From positions 1 to 33,671 of the forward strand of contig DATEMT010000027.1 of NCBI GenBank assembly GCA_035275445.1: 33,671 nucleotides of DNA, written 5' to 3'. The stretch is from Methyloceanibacter sp. GTDB lineage: Bacteria; Pseudomonadota; Alphaproteobacteria; Rhizobiales; Methyloligellaceae. The translations under genes were made by a program, and so were the position numbers. Below are positions 1 through 8,680 of the stretch, piece after piece. Positions within the stretch are counted from its first letter, which is position 1, and every line of letters starts with the position of its first letter. The notes beneath the pieces were generated by a model. The model did no database searches and was not told the origin of the DNA. It saw only the letters and a program-made list of their open reading frames with translations.

Positions 1-2
1 TC

Positions 3-176
3 GAGTGCGTCGGCGACTATGCCACCTTCGTCAGCCGCATTCGCGAGGACCAGACGCTCGACAACGGCCTGTCCTTCTGGGTCGTGTCCGACAATCTGCG
101 CAAGGGGGCCGCGTTGAATACGGTGCAGATCGCTGAAACGATCGTCAACCGCAAGCTGCTCGACCGCGCCGCTTAA
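3..176 (+). CDS. asd: Aspartate-semialdehyde dehydrogenase, C-terminal fragment (5' end outside window)
   Basis: Manual translation from nt 3: [45 protein letters not shown]...RAA*; the [10 protein letters not shown] motif is diagnostic of Asd; TAA at 174-176. Confidence 0.93.
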   Translation, partial: ECVGDYATFVSRIREDQTLDNGLSFWVVSDNLRKGAALNTVQIAETIVNRKLLDRAA

Positions 177-180
177 GCTC

Positions 181-849
181 TTAGGCCTCGACCACGGCTG
201 AGAAGCGTGCCGTTTCCGGCTCGAGGCTGAGCAATTGCCCGCTGCCGAGATCGAAATGCAGCCCATGCAATGCGAGGAGCCTTTCCTTCAGCCGCTTTTG
301 GATGAAGGGGAAGGTGTGGAGGTTGGCGATCGAGGAGCGCACCGCGGCGAGCTCGAACGCCATCTCGTCGCCATAGGCGAAGATGTCGCTCTCGACCAGC
401 TTGAGGTCGTCGAGCAGCGTGAGCCAGCGGCCGATGAAACCGTGCTCGGGCACCCTGTCGCGCACCCCGCGCCGGTAGGTGTCGACGCCGCCGCAATGCG
501 AATGACCGAGCACGATGATATGCGGCACCTTGAGCGCGGTCGCGGCGTATTCGACCGCGGCGCTTGTGGCGTGATATTTGCCTTCCGGCTCGTAAGGCGG
601 CATGAGATTGGCAACGTTGCGCATGATGAACAGCGCGCCGGGCTCGGCATCGAAGATCGCCTCGACATCGACCCGCGCGTCGCAGCAGGCGATCACCATG
701 GCCATCGGCGCTTGACCGAGCTCGGCCAGCTGGAGATAGCGCCCGCGATTCTTGGCGTGTTTATCGCGACGGAAGCGTAAGTGACCCTCGACCAGCGTTC
801 GCGGCAGTGACAAGCTTTTCGTCTCCCCCAATGGTGCTTCCACAAGCAT
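181..849 (-). CDS. can: Beta-class carbonic anhydrase
   Basis: GQxP, IACCDARV (Zn Cys and Asp-Arg dyad), RNVAN and LGHSHCGG (His/Cys Zn ligands). Start is uncertain: ATG at 849, or TTG at 813 with a GGGGAG RBS. Confidence 0.92.
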   Translation of the reverse strand: MLVEAPLGETKSLSLPRTLVEGHLRFRRDKHAKNRGRYLQLAELGQAPMAMVIACCDARVDVEAIFDAEPGALFIMRNVANLMPPYEPEGKYHATSAAVEYAATALKVPHIIVLGHSHCGGVDTYRRGVRDRVPEHGFIGRWLTLLDDLKLVESDIFAYGDEMAFELAAVRSSIANLHTFPFIQKRLKERLLALHGLHFDLGSGQLLSLEPETARFSAVVEA

Positions 850-876
850 TTCAGTCTGGTTGATCTTTGTCCAGTT

Positions 877-903
877 CGGTCGATAGACCGCTCCTATGGA
901 CCG
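877..903. promoter_or_regulatory. Dyad with LysR-type core (ATAG-N7-CTAT, T-N11-A) in the divergent can/fdh intergenic region
   Basis: CGGTCGATAG-accgctc-CTATGGACCG, a 9/10 inverted repeat with a 7-nt spacer. Confidence 0.5.
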
Positions 904-1117
904 TTCGGACCCGCCTACTTGATTTCCGCCGCTCGCCGGAGTGGGCTTCGACATCGGCAATTCGATAAGCCGCGCTTCAATTAACGCCGATGAGGAAACG
1001 CAGGAGTGGGTTGGGGCGTTTTACTCTCAACCCGGTCTCGCTCGATGCGACATGTGGCAGCAGAGCCCCCTCCGGTGCTCCTCTGACTGCCTCCATGCCG
1101 GCCCAAAGGAGCTCACC

Positions 1118-2323
1118 ATGGCAAAAGTGCTCGCCGTTCTCTATGACGATCCGGTCACGGGCTATCCGCCCCAATACGCCCGCGACGACGTTCCCAAGAT
1201 CGATCACTACCCCGACGGCATGACGACGCCGACGCCGAAGAAGATCGATTTCAAGCCGGGCGAGCTGCTCGGCAGCGTTTCGGGCGAACTCGGCTTACGC
1301 AAGTTTCTCGAAGACGCGGGCCACACGCTCGTCGTCACCTCCGACAAGGACGGACCCAACTCCGTGTTCGAGAAGGAGCTTCCCGACGCCGAGATCGTCA
1401 TCTCGCAGCCCTTCTGGCCCGCCTACCTCACCGAGGAGCGGATTGCCAAGGCCAAGAAGCTCAAGCTCGCCATCACCGCCGGCATCGGTTCGGACCATGT
1501 CGATCTTCAGGCGGCGATGGACAAGGGCATCACCGTCGCCGAAGTCACCTATTGCAACTCGATCAGCGTGTCGGAACACATTGTAATGATGATCCTGGCG
1601 CTGGTCAGAAACTACATCCCGTCCTACGGATGGGTCATCAAAGGCGGCTGGAACATCGCCGACTGCGTCGAGCGCTCCTACGATCTCGAAGGCATGAATA
1701 TCGGAACCGTGGCCGCCGGCCGCATCGGACTGGCGGCGCTCCGCCGGCTGAAGCCTTTCGACGTGAAGCTGCATTACACCGACAAGCATCGCCTGCCGGA
1801 GAAGGTCGAGAAGGAGCTCGGCCTCACCTACCATCCCAATGTCGAGTCGCTGGTGAAGGTGTGCGATGTCGTCACGATCAACGCCCCGCTTCACCCCGAG
1901 ACCGAAGGTTTGTTCAACGACAAGCTGATCGGCAAGATGAAGCGCGGCGCCTACCTGGTGAACACCGCAAGGGGCAAGATCGTCGATCGCGACGCCGTCG
2001 TGCGCGCGCTGGAAAGCGGGCAGCTCGCCGGCTACGCCGGAGACGTCTGGTTCCCGCAGCCGGCGCCGCGCGACCATCCCTGGCGCACCATGCCTCATCA
2101 CGGCATGACCCCGCATATCTCGGGGAGTTCGCTCTCGGCGCAGGCGCGCTATGCCGCCGGCGTGCGCGAGATCCTCGAGAACTACTTCGCCAAGAAGCCG
2201 ATCCGCACCGAGTACCTGATCGTGGACAAGGGCAGGCTCGCGGGCGCGGGCGCCCATTCCTACACCGCAGGCGACACCACCAAAGGCTCCGAGGAAGCGG
2301 CAAAATTCAAAAAGGGAGCGTGA
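1118..2323 (+). CDS. fdh: NAD-dependent (metal-independent) formate dehydrogenase, 401 aa
   Basis: AGGAG RBS then MAKVLAVLYDDP; SQPFWP, AGIGSDHVD, AAGRIG Rossmann motif, YTDKHR (NAD-selecting Asp), NTARG, GDVWFPQPAP, TPHISG. Confidence 0.97.
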   Translation: MAKVLAVLYDDPVTGYPPQYARDDVPKIDHYPDGMTTPTPKKIDFKPGELLGSVSGELGLRKFLEDAGHTLVVTSDKDGPNSVFEKELPDAEIVISQPFWPAYLTEERIAKAKKLKLAITAGIGSDHVDLQAAMDKGITVAEVTYCNSISVSEHIVMMILALVRNYIPSYGWVIKGGWNIADCVERSYDLEGMNIGTVAAGRIGLAALRRLKPFDVKLHYTDKHRLPEKVEKELGLTYHPNVESLVKVCDVVTINAPLHPETEGLFNDKLIGKMKRGAYLVNTARGKIVDRDAVVRALESGQLAGYAGDVWFPQPAPRDHPWRTMPHHGMTPHISGSSLSAQARYAAGVREILENYFAKKPIRTEYLIVDKGRLAGAGAHSYTAGDTTKGSEEAAKFKKGA

Positions 2324-2471
2324 CGGGACCCCTCGCCTCGGGCTCTTCCACTCGCTTTGGGACCGCCTCCGGGCGCCGTCTGGCTGCGTCGCCATCGGCC
2401 TTGCGGTCGCGGCCAAGCCCGGCCAGACTGCGCCGGGTCGTGGCGAAAGAGGCTAATTCTGGGGGCGCAGC

Positions 2472-4409
2472 ATGGCGAGTGCTGGAGAGTCCGTGGCCGC
2501 GGGCGGTCGTATCGGCCTTCTCGACAAGGCGCACATCATTGCGCCGCCGGATTACAATCGCTGGCTCGTGCCTCCGGCCGCACTCGCGATCCATCTCTGC
2601 ATCGGCATGGCCTACGGCTTCAGCGTGTTTTGGCTGCCGTTGGGGCGCGCCGTCGGCGTGGCCCAAGGCCTCGACAAGCCGCTACCCTGCGCCGGCGACG
2701 CCACCACCTTCTTCGGCAAGGTGGCCATAACCGCGCACGCGCTGTTCGCCACTGACTGCGACTGGACCCAGTTCGATCTCGGCTGGATGTACACGCTGTT
2801 CTTCGTCCTGCTCGGCGTTTCGGCGGCGATCTGGGGCGGGTGGCTCGAGCGGGTGGGACCGCGGAAAGCCGGCGTCGTCTCGGCGCTGTGCTGGTGCGGC
2901 GGCCTGATGATCTCGGCGCTCGGCGTCTATATCCACCAACTCTGGCTGATGTGGCTCGGCTCCGGCATCATCGGCGGCATCGGCCTCGGCCTCGGCTACA
3001 TCTCGCCGGTCTCGACCCTGATCAAGTGGTTTCCCGATCGCCGCGGCATGGCGACGGGCATGGCGATCATGGGCTTCGGCGGCGGCGCCATGATCGGCTC
3101 GCCGCTCGCCACCATCCTGATGAACTACTACGCGACGCCGACTTCGGTCGGCGTGTGGGAAACCTTCGTCACGTTGGGGCTCGGCTATTTCATTTTCATG
3201 ATGTGCGGCGCCTTCGGCTACCGGCTCCCGCCCGCAGGGTGGAAACCCGAAGGCTGGACCCCGCCGGCAAGCGCCAAGGCGATGATCACGACGGGCCACG
3301 TCGCCCTCAAGGACGCGCACAAGACCCCGCAGTTCTGGCTGCTTTGGGCCGTGCTCTGCCTCAACGTCTCGGCCGGCATCGGCATTATCGGCGCCGCCGC
3401 GCCGATGTTGCAGGAGACCTTCGGCGGCCGTCTGTTCGGCGACCCCTCGGTCGGCTTCGCCGATTTCACCGACGAACAGAAGGCGAAAGCGGCCCTGGTC
3501 GGCGCGGCCTTTGTCGGCCTGTTCTCGCTGTTCAACATCGCCGGCCGCATCTTCTGGGCCTCGCTGTCGGACAAGATCGGCCGCAAGACCACCTATTTCA
3601 TCTTCTTCGCGCTGGGCTTTGCCTGCTACGCCGCGGCGCCGACGCTCGCCGATCTCGGCGCGCTTGCGCTCTTCGCCGCCGCGTTCTGCCTGATCGCCTC
3701 GATGTATGGCGGCGGCTTCGCCACTATTCCCGCCTATCTCGCCGACATCTTCGGCACGCAGTTCGTGGGCGCCATTCACGGACGGCTGCTGACCGCCTGG
3801 TCCACCGCCGGGATCGTCGGGCCGGTGATCGTGAACTACATGCACGATTCGCGCAAAGCCGCAGGCGTCGCCGCCGATCAAATCTATCATCCGATCTTCT
3901 ACGTGCTCGCGGGTCTGCTGGTCGCGGGCTTCATCGCCAATCTCCTGGTCCGTCCGGCCAACAAGAAGTGGTTCATGAAGCCCGAGGAGGTCGAGGCGTT
4001 GCAGACCAAGACCGCGCGCGAGCGCACGATGCATGCCGTCGAGATCAGAGGGGACCGCGACGAGCGGCCCGGCTTGCGGCTGCTCCAGCCGGTCGGGATG
4101 GCGTTGATCGTCGTCTCGGTGGTGTGGTGGATCACCTTCTTCACCAAGGCCGGCGGCATCGGCCACGCTTGGAGCTGCCTCATCTTCACTGCGGCCTCGT
4201 GCCAAGAGTCGATCGCCCACGCCGAGCAGGTCGGCGGTTTGGCCTATCGGCCGTTCCTCACCTGGATCGGCCTTGCGCTCTGGCTCGCGGGGATCGTGCT
4301 GGGGCCCCGGCGCCTCAGCATCGCCCCGCTCGCCTGGGCTGCGGTCGGCATCCCGCTCCTGTGGGGCATCTGGATTACGGTCGATAAGGCCCTCGCCCTG
4401 TTCGCTTAG
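2472..4409 (+). CDS. OFA (oxalate/formate antiporter) family MFS transporter with extended C-terminus, 645 aa
   Basis: NRWLVPPAALAIHLCIGMAYGFSVFW, GLGLGYISPVSTLIKWFPDRRG and MYGGGFATIPAYLADIFG are typical OFA-family motifs; lies directly downstream of fdh. Confidence 0.9.
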   Translation: MASAGESVAAGGRIGLLDKAHIIAPPDYNRWLVPPAALAIHLCIGMAYGFSVFWLPLGRAVGVAQGLDKPLPCAGDATTFFGKVAITAHALFATDCDWTQFDLGWMYTLFFVLLGVSAAIWGGWLERVGPRKAGVVSALCWCGGLMISALGVYIHQLWLMWLGSGIIGGIGLGLGYISPVSTLIKWFPDRRGMATGMAIMGFGGGAMIGSPLATILMNYYATPTSVGVWETFVTLGLGYFIFMMCGAFGYRLPPAGWKPEGWTPPASAKAMITTGHVALKDAHKTPQFWLLWAVLCLNVSAGIGIIGAAAPMLQETFGGRLFGDPSVGFADFTDEQKAKAALVGAAFVGLFSLFNIAGRIFWASLSDKIGRKTTYFIFFALGFACYAAAPTLADLGALALFAAAFCLIASMYGGGFATIPAYLADIFGTQFVGAIHGRLLTAWSTAGIVGPVIVNYMHDSRKAAGVAADQIYHPIFYVLAGLLVAGFIANLLVRPANKKWFMKPEEVEALQTKTARERTMHAVEIRGDRDERPGLRLLQPVGMALIVVSVVWWITFFTKAGGIGHAWSCLIFTAASCQESIAHAEQVGGLAYRPFLTWIGLALWLAGIVLGPRRLSIAPLAWAAVGIPLLWGIWITVDKALALFA

Positions 4410-4577
4410 GACCGATTTCCAACATCTGGGGTGATGAGACCGCTCGAACACAAAATCAGGGGCCGGTCTGTCAGAATTTGTTAATGTGGCTTTCAGGGAG
4501 CGTTCATGGCCGCGTCATGCAGTCCTAATGCCCATACCCCATTATCTCATCCTGTGAGTTCACCGAAGGAGACGACC

Positions 4578-4667
4578 ATGAAAGAGTGGCTGAAACCCGA
4601 GATCACCGAGTCCGAGGCTGGCATGGAAGTGACGAGCTACCTCCCCGCCGAGCTCGACCGCGCTTAA
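4578..4667 (+). CDS. pqqA: PQQ precursor peptide PqqA, 29 aa (not in ORF track)
   Basis: AAGGAG RBS; MKEWLKPEITESEAGMEVTSYLPAELDRA*; W-x-K-P leader plus G-M-E-V-T-S-Y (ExxxY core). Confidence 0.93.
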   Translation: MKEWLKPEITESEAGMEVTSYLPAELDRA

Positions 4668-4697
4668 TCGAAGCGTCGATCTTACAAGTTTTCGTCT

Positions 4698-4737
4698 AAA
4701 GATGGCGGTTCCCGCGAAAGTGGGGACCGCCATTTTT
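4698..4737 (+). terminator. Rho-independent terminator after pqqA
   Basis: 14-bp stem ATGGCGGTTCCCGC / GTGGGGACCGCCAT (two G-U pairs), GAAA loop, then a T tract. Confidence 0.85.
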
Positions 4738-4774
4738 GCGCCTGGATCGGGTCTCTCGCGCTACTCTCGTTGCA

Positions 4775-7429
4775 ATGCTCGCCTCGCTCGTCCTCGCCGT
4801 TATCGCCATTCCGGTCATCGCCGTCGCAAGCCTCGTGTTGACGCTGCGCCAGCGCACGCGGCTCAAGTTGATCGAGCAGAGGCTCGACACGCTCCAGCGA
4901 TGGCTCGCCGATCGCACCGATCTTGAACCTTCGCCGGAAGCTCAGCCCGCAGCCCTACCGCCGCCCGCTTCCATCTCGGTCGACGAAAAAACCGCAAGCG
5001 CGGAGCCCGGCCCACCCGTGGCCGAACCCGCCCCGGAACCGCCCGCGCCCGTCAAACCGAAAGCCAGTCTCGAGGAGCGCTTCGGCACGCAATGGGCGGT
5101 TTGGGCCGGCGGCATCGCGCTCGCGCTCGGCGGCTTCTTCCTCGTCCGCTATTCGATCGAACAGGGCTGGTTCGGCCCGTCGCAGCGGGTGCTTCTCGCG
5201 GGCCTGGTGGCGCTCGCTCTGATCGGAGCCGGCGAATGGACCAGGCGCCGCGAGATCAAGACCGGGATCGTCGGTCTCGCCAAGGCGCACATCCCGAGCG
5301 TGCTGACCGCAGCCGGAACGGCGATCGCCTACGCCGACGTTTACGCGGCCTACGCGCTTTACGGCTTCATCGGCGCGGCCGTGGCCTTCGTCCTGCTCGG
5401 GATCGTCGCGCTCCTGACGCTCACCGCGGCGCTCCTTCATGGGCCGGCGCTCGCGGGCCTCGGTCTAATCGGCGCGTTTGCCACCCCGCTGATCGTCGCG
5501 ACCGAAGCGCCGAACTACTGGGCGCTCTATCTCTACCTCGCCGTCGTTACCGCCGCGGCTTTCGCGCTCGCCCGGGCCAAGCTGTGGCGCTGGCTCGCCA
5601 TTGCCGCCATCGCGGCGAGCGTCGCTTGGGTGCTGCCGGCGCTCGGCGACATGGCGGCACTCACGCCGCAAGCGTTCTATCTCGGCGCCTGCTTCACGCT
5701 CGCCGCGGTCTTCATCGTGTCGGGCCTGCTGTTCGGACCCGACGCCGCACCTGGCGAGATCGACGCGGTGTCGTCGGCGGCGCTCGCCGCTTATCTCGCC
5801 GCCGCGATGTTGCTCGTTCTTGCCACCGGCCACGACACGCTCGCGCTCACGCTGTTCGTGATCCTCGTTGCCGCGACCGTCGCCATCGCGTGGCGGAGCG
5901 ATGCCGTCATCGCCGGGGTTCCCGCTGCGGCGCTCTTCGTTGCGCTCATCTTCTGGCAGTGGTCGATCGACTTCGACGTCGCCGCGCTCGGCCTCCCCAA
6001 CGGCCCGGTCCCCGACAGTCTGTGGAAGCCCGAGCACTATCTGTTCGGCGCGCCGCTCGTGCTTGGCGGTGCGCTAGCGCTTCTTTTCGGCGCCTCCGGC
6101 TTTTTCGCGCAAGGCCGCGCCAGCCGGCCGCTTGTCGCCATTCTGTGGAGCGCGACCGCGGTCTGCGCTCCTCTTGCCATCCTGATCGCGCTCTATTGGC
6201 GCATTGCCGGATTCGACCGCTCGATCCCCTTTGCCGCGGCCGCAATCCTCCTTGCCGGCGCATTTGCTCTTGCCACCGAGGCGCTGAGCAAGCGGGGTTC
6301 CCGCGCGACCGGGGACGGGCCGGTCGCGATCTTCGCCACCGGCGCAATCGCTTCGCTCGCGCTCGCCTTGAGCCTCGCGCTCGAAAAAGGCTGGCTCACC
6401 ATCGCGCTGGCGCTGATGGTCCCCGGCATCGCCTGGATCGCCGAGAAGCGGCCGTGGCCCGCGCTACGCTGGCTCGCCGCCGCGGTGACAATGGCAGTGA
6501 TCGGCCGCATCATGTGGGATCCGCGCATCGCGGGCGTCGCGATCGGCGTCCGGCCAATCTTCAACTGGCTGCTCTACGGGTATGGCGTGCCGGCGGTGGC
6601 GTTCTTCGTCGCCGGCCACATGTTGCGCCGCGAGGCCGACGACGTGCCGGCCCGCACGGTCGATGCCGCCGCGATCCTGTTCGCCGTACTCCTTGTCGTG
6701 TTCGAGGTGCGGCACGCGCTGACCGGCGACCCGTTCGGCGAGGGAAGCCCGCTCGCCGAGGCCGGGCTCAATGTCTCGCTCCTGCTCGCGATGGTGATCG
6801 GGCTCGAACGGCTTCGCCTGAGGAGCGGGAGCGTGGTGCACAATCTGGGCGCCTTGATCCTTGCCGGCTCGGTTTTGGCAATGATCGCGGGAAATCTGGC
6901 CATCGACGCCAATCCGATCCTCAGCGGCGAGCCGGTCGGCGGCAAGTTCATCAACCTCGTGCTGCTCGGTTACTTCATTCCCGCCTTGCTCGCCGGCGCG
7001 CTCGCCGTCGTCACCTTCGGCACGCGGCCCTACTGGTACAGCGTCACCGCCGCGACCGCGGCGCTCGTGCTCGCGCTCGGATACATTTCGCTCGAGATCT
7101 GCCGGCTTTATCACGGGCCGGTGCTGACCGAGGGTCCAACCACGGACGCCGAGCAATACACCTATTCGGCCGTCTGGCTCCTGTTCGGCGTGGCCCTTCT
7201 CGGCTTGGGTCTCACGCTTCGCTCGCTCCCCTTGCGTATCGCCTCGGCCGCCGTGCTGGTGCTGACCGTGCTCAAGGTCTTTTTGATCGATATGTCGAAC
7301 CTGACCGGCATCTATCGCGCGCTGTCCTTCCTCGGCCTCGGCGCGGTTCTTATCGGTATCGGCTGGCTCTATCAGCGGCTGCTGTTTCCCCGGACGCCTG
7401 CCATCGAGCAGCCCGCTCCCGCTGATTGA
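4775..7429 (+). CDS. DUF2339-family polytopic membrane protein (~884 aa)
   Basis: N-terminal TM and coiled segment, Pro-rich linker, SLEERFGTQWAVWAGG...VRYSIEQGW, >20 hydrophobic segments, C-terminal KVFLIDMSNLTGIYRALSFLGLG; start may be 4775 (ATG) or 4736. Confidence 0.85.
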   Translation: MLASLVLAVIAIPVIAVASLVLTLRQRTRLKLIEQRLDTLQRWLADRTDLEPSPEAQPAALPPPASISVDEKTASAEPGPPVAEPAPEPPAPVKPKASLEERFGTQWAVWAGGIALALGGFFLVRYSIEQGWFGPSQRVLLAGLVALALIGAGEWTRRREIKTGIVGLAKAHIPSVLTAAGTAIAYADVYAAYALYGFIGAAVAFVLLGIVALLTLTAALLHGPALAGLGLIGAFATPLIVATEAPNYWALYLYLAVVTAAAFALARAKLWRWLAIAAIAASVAWVLPALGDMAALTPQAFYLGACFTLAAVFIVSGLLFGPDAAPGEIDAVSSAALAAYLAAAMLLVLATGHDTLALTLFVILVAATVAIAWRSDAVIAGVPAAALFVALIFWQWSIDFDVAALGLPNGPVPDSLWKPEHYLFGAPLVLGGALALLFGASGFFAQGRASRPLVAILWSATAVCAPLAILIALYWRIAGFDRSIPFAAAAILLAGAFALATEALSKRGSRATGDGPVAIFATGAIASLALALSLALEKGWLTIALALMVPGIAWIAEKRPWPALRWLAAAVTMAVIGRIMWDPRIAGVAIGVRPIFNWLLYGYGVPAVAFFVAGHMLRREADDVPARTVDAAAILFAVLLVVFEVRHALTGDPFGEGSPLAEAGLNVSLLLAMVIGLERLRLRSGSVVHNLGALILAGSVLAMIAGNLAIDANPILSGEPVGGKFINLVLLGYFIPALLAGALAVVTFGTRPYWYSVTAATAALVLALGYISLEICRLYHGPVLTEGPTTDAEQYTYSAVWLLFGVALLGLGLTLRSLPLRIASAAVLVLTVLKVFLIDMSNLTGIYRALSFLGLGAVLIGIGWLYQRLLFPRTPAIEQPAPAD

Positions 7430-7502
7430 CGCAAGCGGTCCTTGTCTGGCCGTGGACCGCAAACTATGGTCGCCCCCGTCCCCAAACCGGCGAAAGACCG
7501 AC

Positions 7503-8579
7503 ATGAACGACAACGAGAGCCCAGCGATCGACAAGACCGTGACCGGCAATTTCTTCGAGGATTTCACCCTCGGCCAGAAGATCGTGCATGCGACACCGCG
7601 CACGGTGACGGTCGGCGATGTGAGCCTGTTCACCGCGCTCTACGGTCCGCGCTTCGCCGTGCAGTCTTCCGACGCCTTCGCCCAGGCCATCGACTATCCG
7701 CGTTCGCCGATCGACGATCTCCTCGTCTTCCACATCGTCATCGGCAAGACCGTACCGGACATCTCGCGCAACGCCATCGCCAATCTCGGCTACGCCGAGT
7801 TTCGCTTTCTTGCCCCCGTCTATCCCGGCGACACGCTCGCCTCGGTCTCCGAGGTGATCGGGGTCAAGGAGAACTCGAACAAGAAGAGCGGCACGGTCTA
7901 TGTGCGCTCGACCGGACGGAACCAGCGCGGCGAAGAGGTGCTGTCCTACGCGCGCTGGGTCATGGTCAACAAGCGGAACCCCGACGCGCCCGCGCCGTCT
8001 CCCGTCGTGCCCGAACTCGCAACGAGCGCCGATCCCGCGACGCTGGGCCGAGCCCTGCCGAAACTTAAGCTCTCAGGCTACGATTACGCGCTTGCCGGCT
8101 CGCCCCGGCGCTTCGGCGATTATGCCGTCGGCGACAAGATCGACCATGTCGACGGGCAGACCATCGAGGAGGCCGAACACCAGCTCGCGACGCGCCTGTT
8201 CCAGAACACCGCGCGCGTTCATTTCAACCAGCATATCGAGGGCAAGGGCCGGTTCGGGCGGCGGCTCGTTTACGGCGGCCACATCATCTCCATCGCCCGC
8301 TCCTTGAGCTTCAACGGTCTCGCCAATGCCTTCCACATTCTCGGGCTGAACGGCGCGCGGCACGTCGCGCCCTCCTTCGCCGGCGACACCATCTATGCGT
8401 GGAGCGAGGTTCTCGACAAAGCCGAGCTTCCCGGACGCACCGATATGGGCGCGCTGCGCCTGCGCACCTTCGCCGTCAAGGACCGGGCCTGCGCCGATTT
8501 CCCCGGGCTCAAGGCGGACGGCAGTCACGAAGACGGCGTCGTCCTCGACATGGACTACTGGGTGGCGCTGCCGCGCTAG
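7503..8579 (+). CDS. mch: Mesaconyl-CoA hydratase (double MaoC hot-dog), ethylmalonyl-CoA pathway
   Basis: GNFFEDF, HATPRT, GKTVPDISRNAIANLGYA, DHVDG.TIEEAEH.LATRL.QNTARVHFN, YGGH.IS.AR.LSFNGL. Confidence 0.85.
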   Translation: MNDNESPAIDKTVTGNFFEDFTLGQKIVHATPRTVTVGDVSLFTALYGPRFAVQSSDAFAQAIDYPRSPIDDLLVFHIVIGKTVPDISRNAIANLGYAEFRFLAPVYPGDTLASVSEVIGVKENSNKKSGTVYVRSTGRNQRGEEVLSYARWVMVNKRNPDAPAPSPVVPELATSADPATLGRALPKLKLSGYDYALAGSPRRFGDYAVGDKIDHVDGQTIEEAEHQLATRLFQNTARVHFNQHIEGKGRFGRRLVYGGHIISIARSLSFNGLANAFHILGLNGARHVAPSFAGDTIYAWSEVLDKAELPGRTDMGALRLRTFAVKDRACADFPGLKADGSHEDGVVLDMDYWVALPR

Positions 8580-8611
8580 CCAGGGTCACCGGCCTCGATC
8601 GGTCATGCCCT

Positions 8612-8636
8612 CGAACCAAGCGCGAGGTCGGGGGTT
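8612..8636 (+). promoter_or_regulatory. Possible EcfG/RpoE2-type (general stress) promoter upstream of sodC
   Basis: CGAAC-N16-GGTT versus consensus GGAAC-N16/17-CGTT, ending ~45 nt before the ATG. Confidence 0.4.
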
Positions 8637-8680
8637 ATTTGATCGTCGGCGTCCGCGGCCGACGGCATAGGAGGAAGGCG

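Noticed and set aside
941-1117. 59-aa N-terminal extension of FDH given in the ORF track
   Set aside because: The AGGAG RBS and the family N-terminus MAKVL place the start at 1118
1118-2323. NADP-preferring FDH variant
   Set aside because: The NAD-selecting Asp is retained (YTDKHR)
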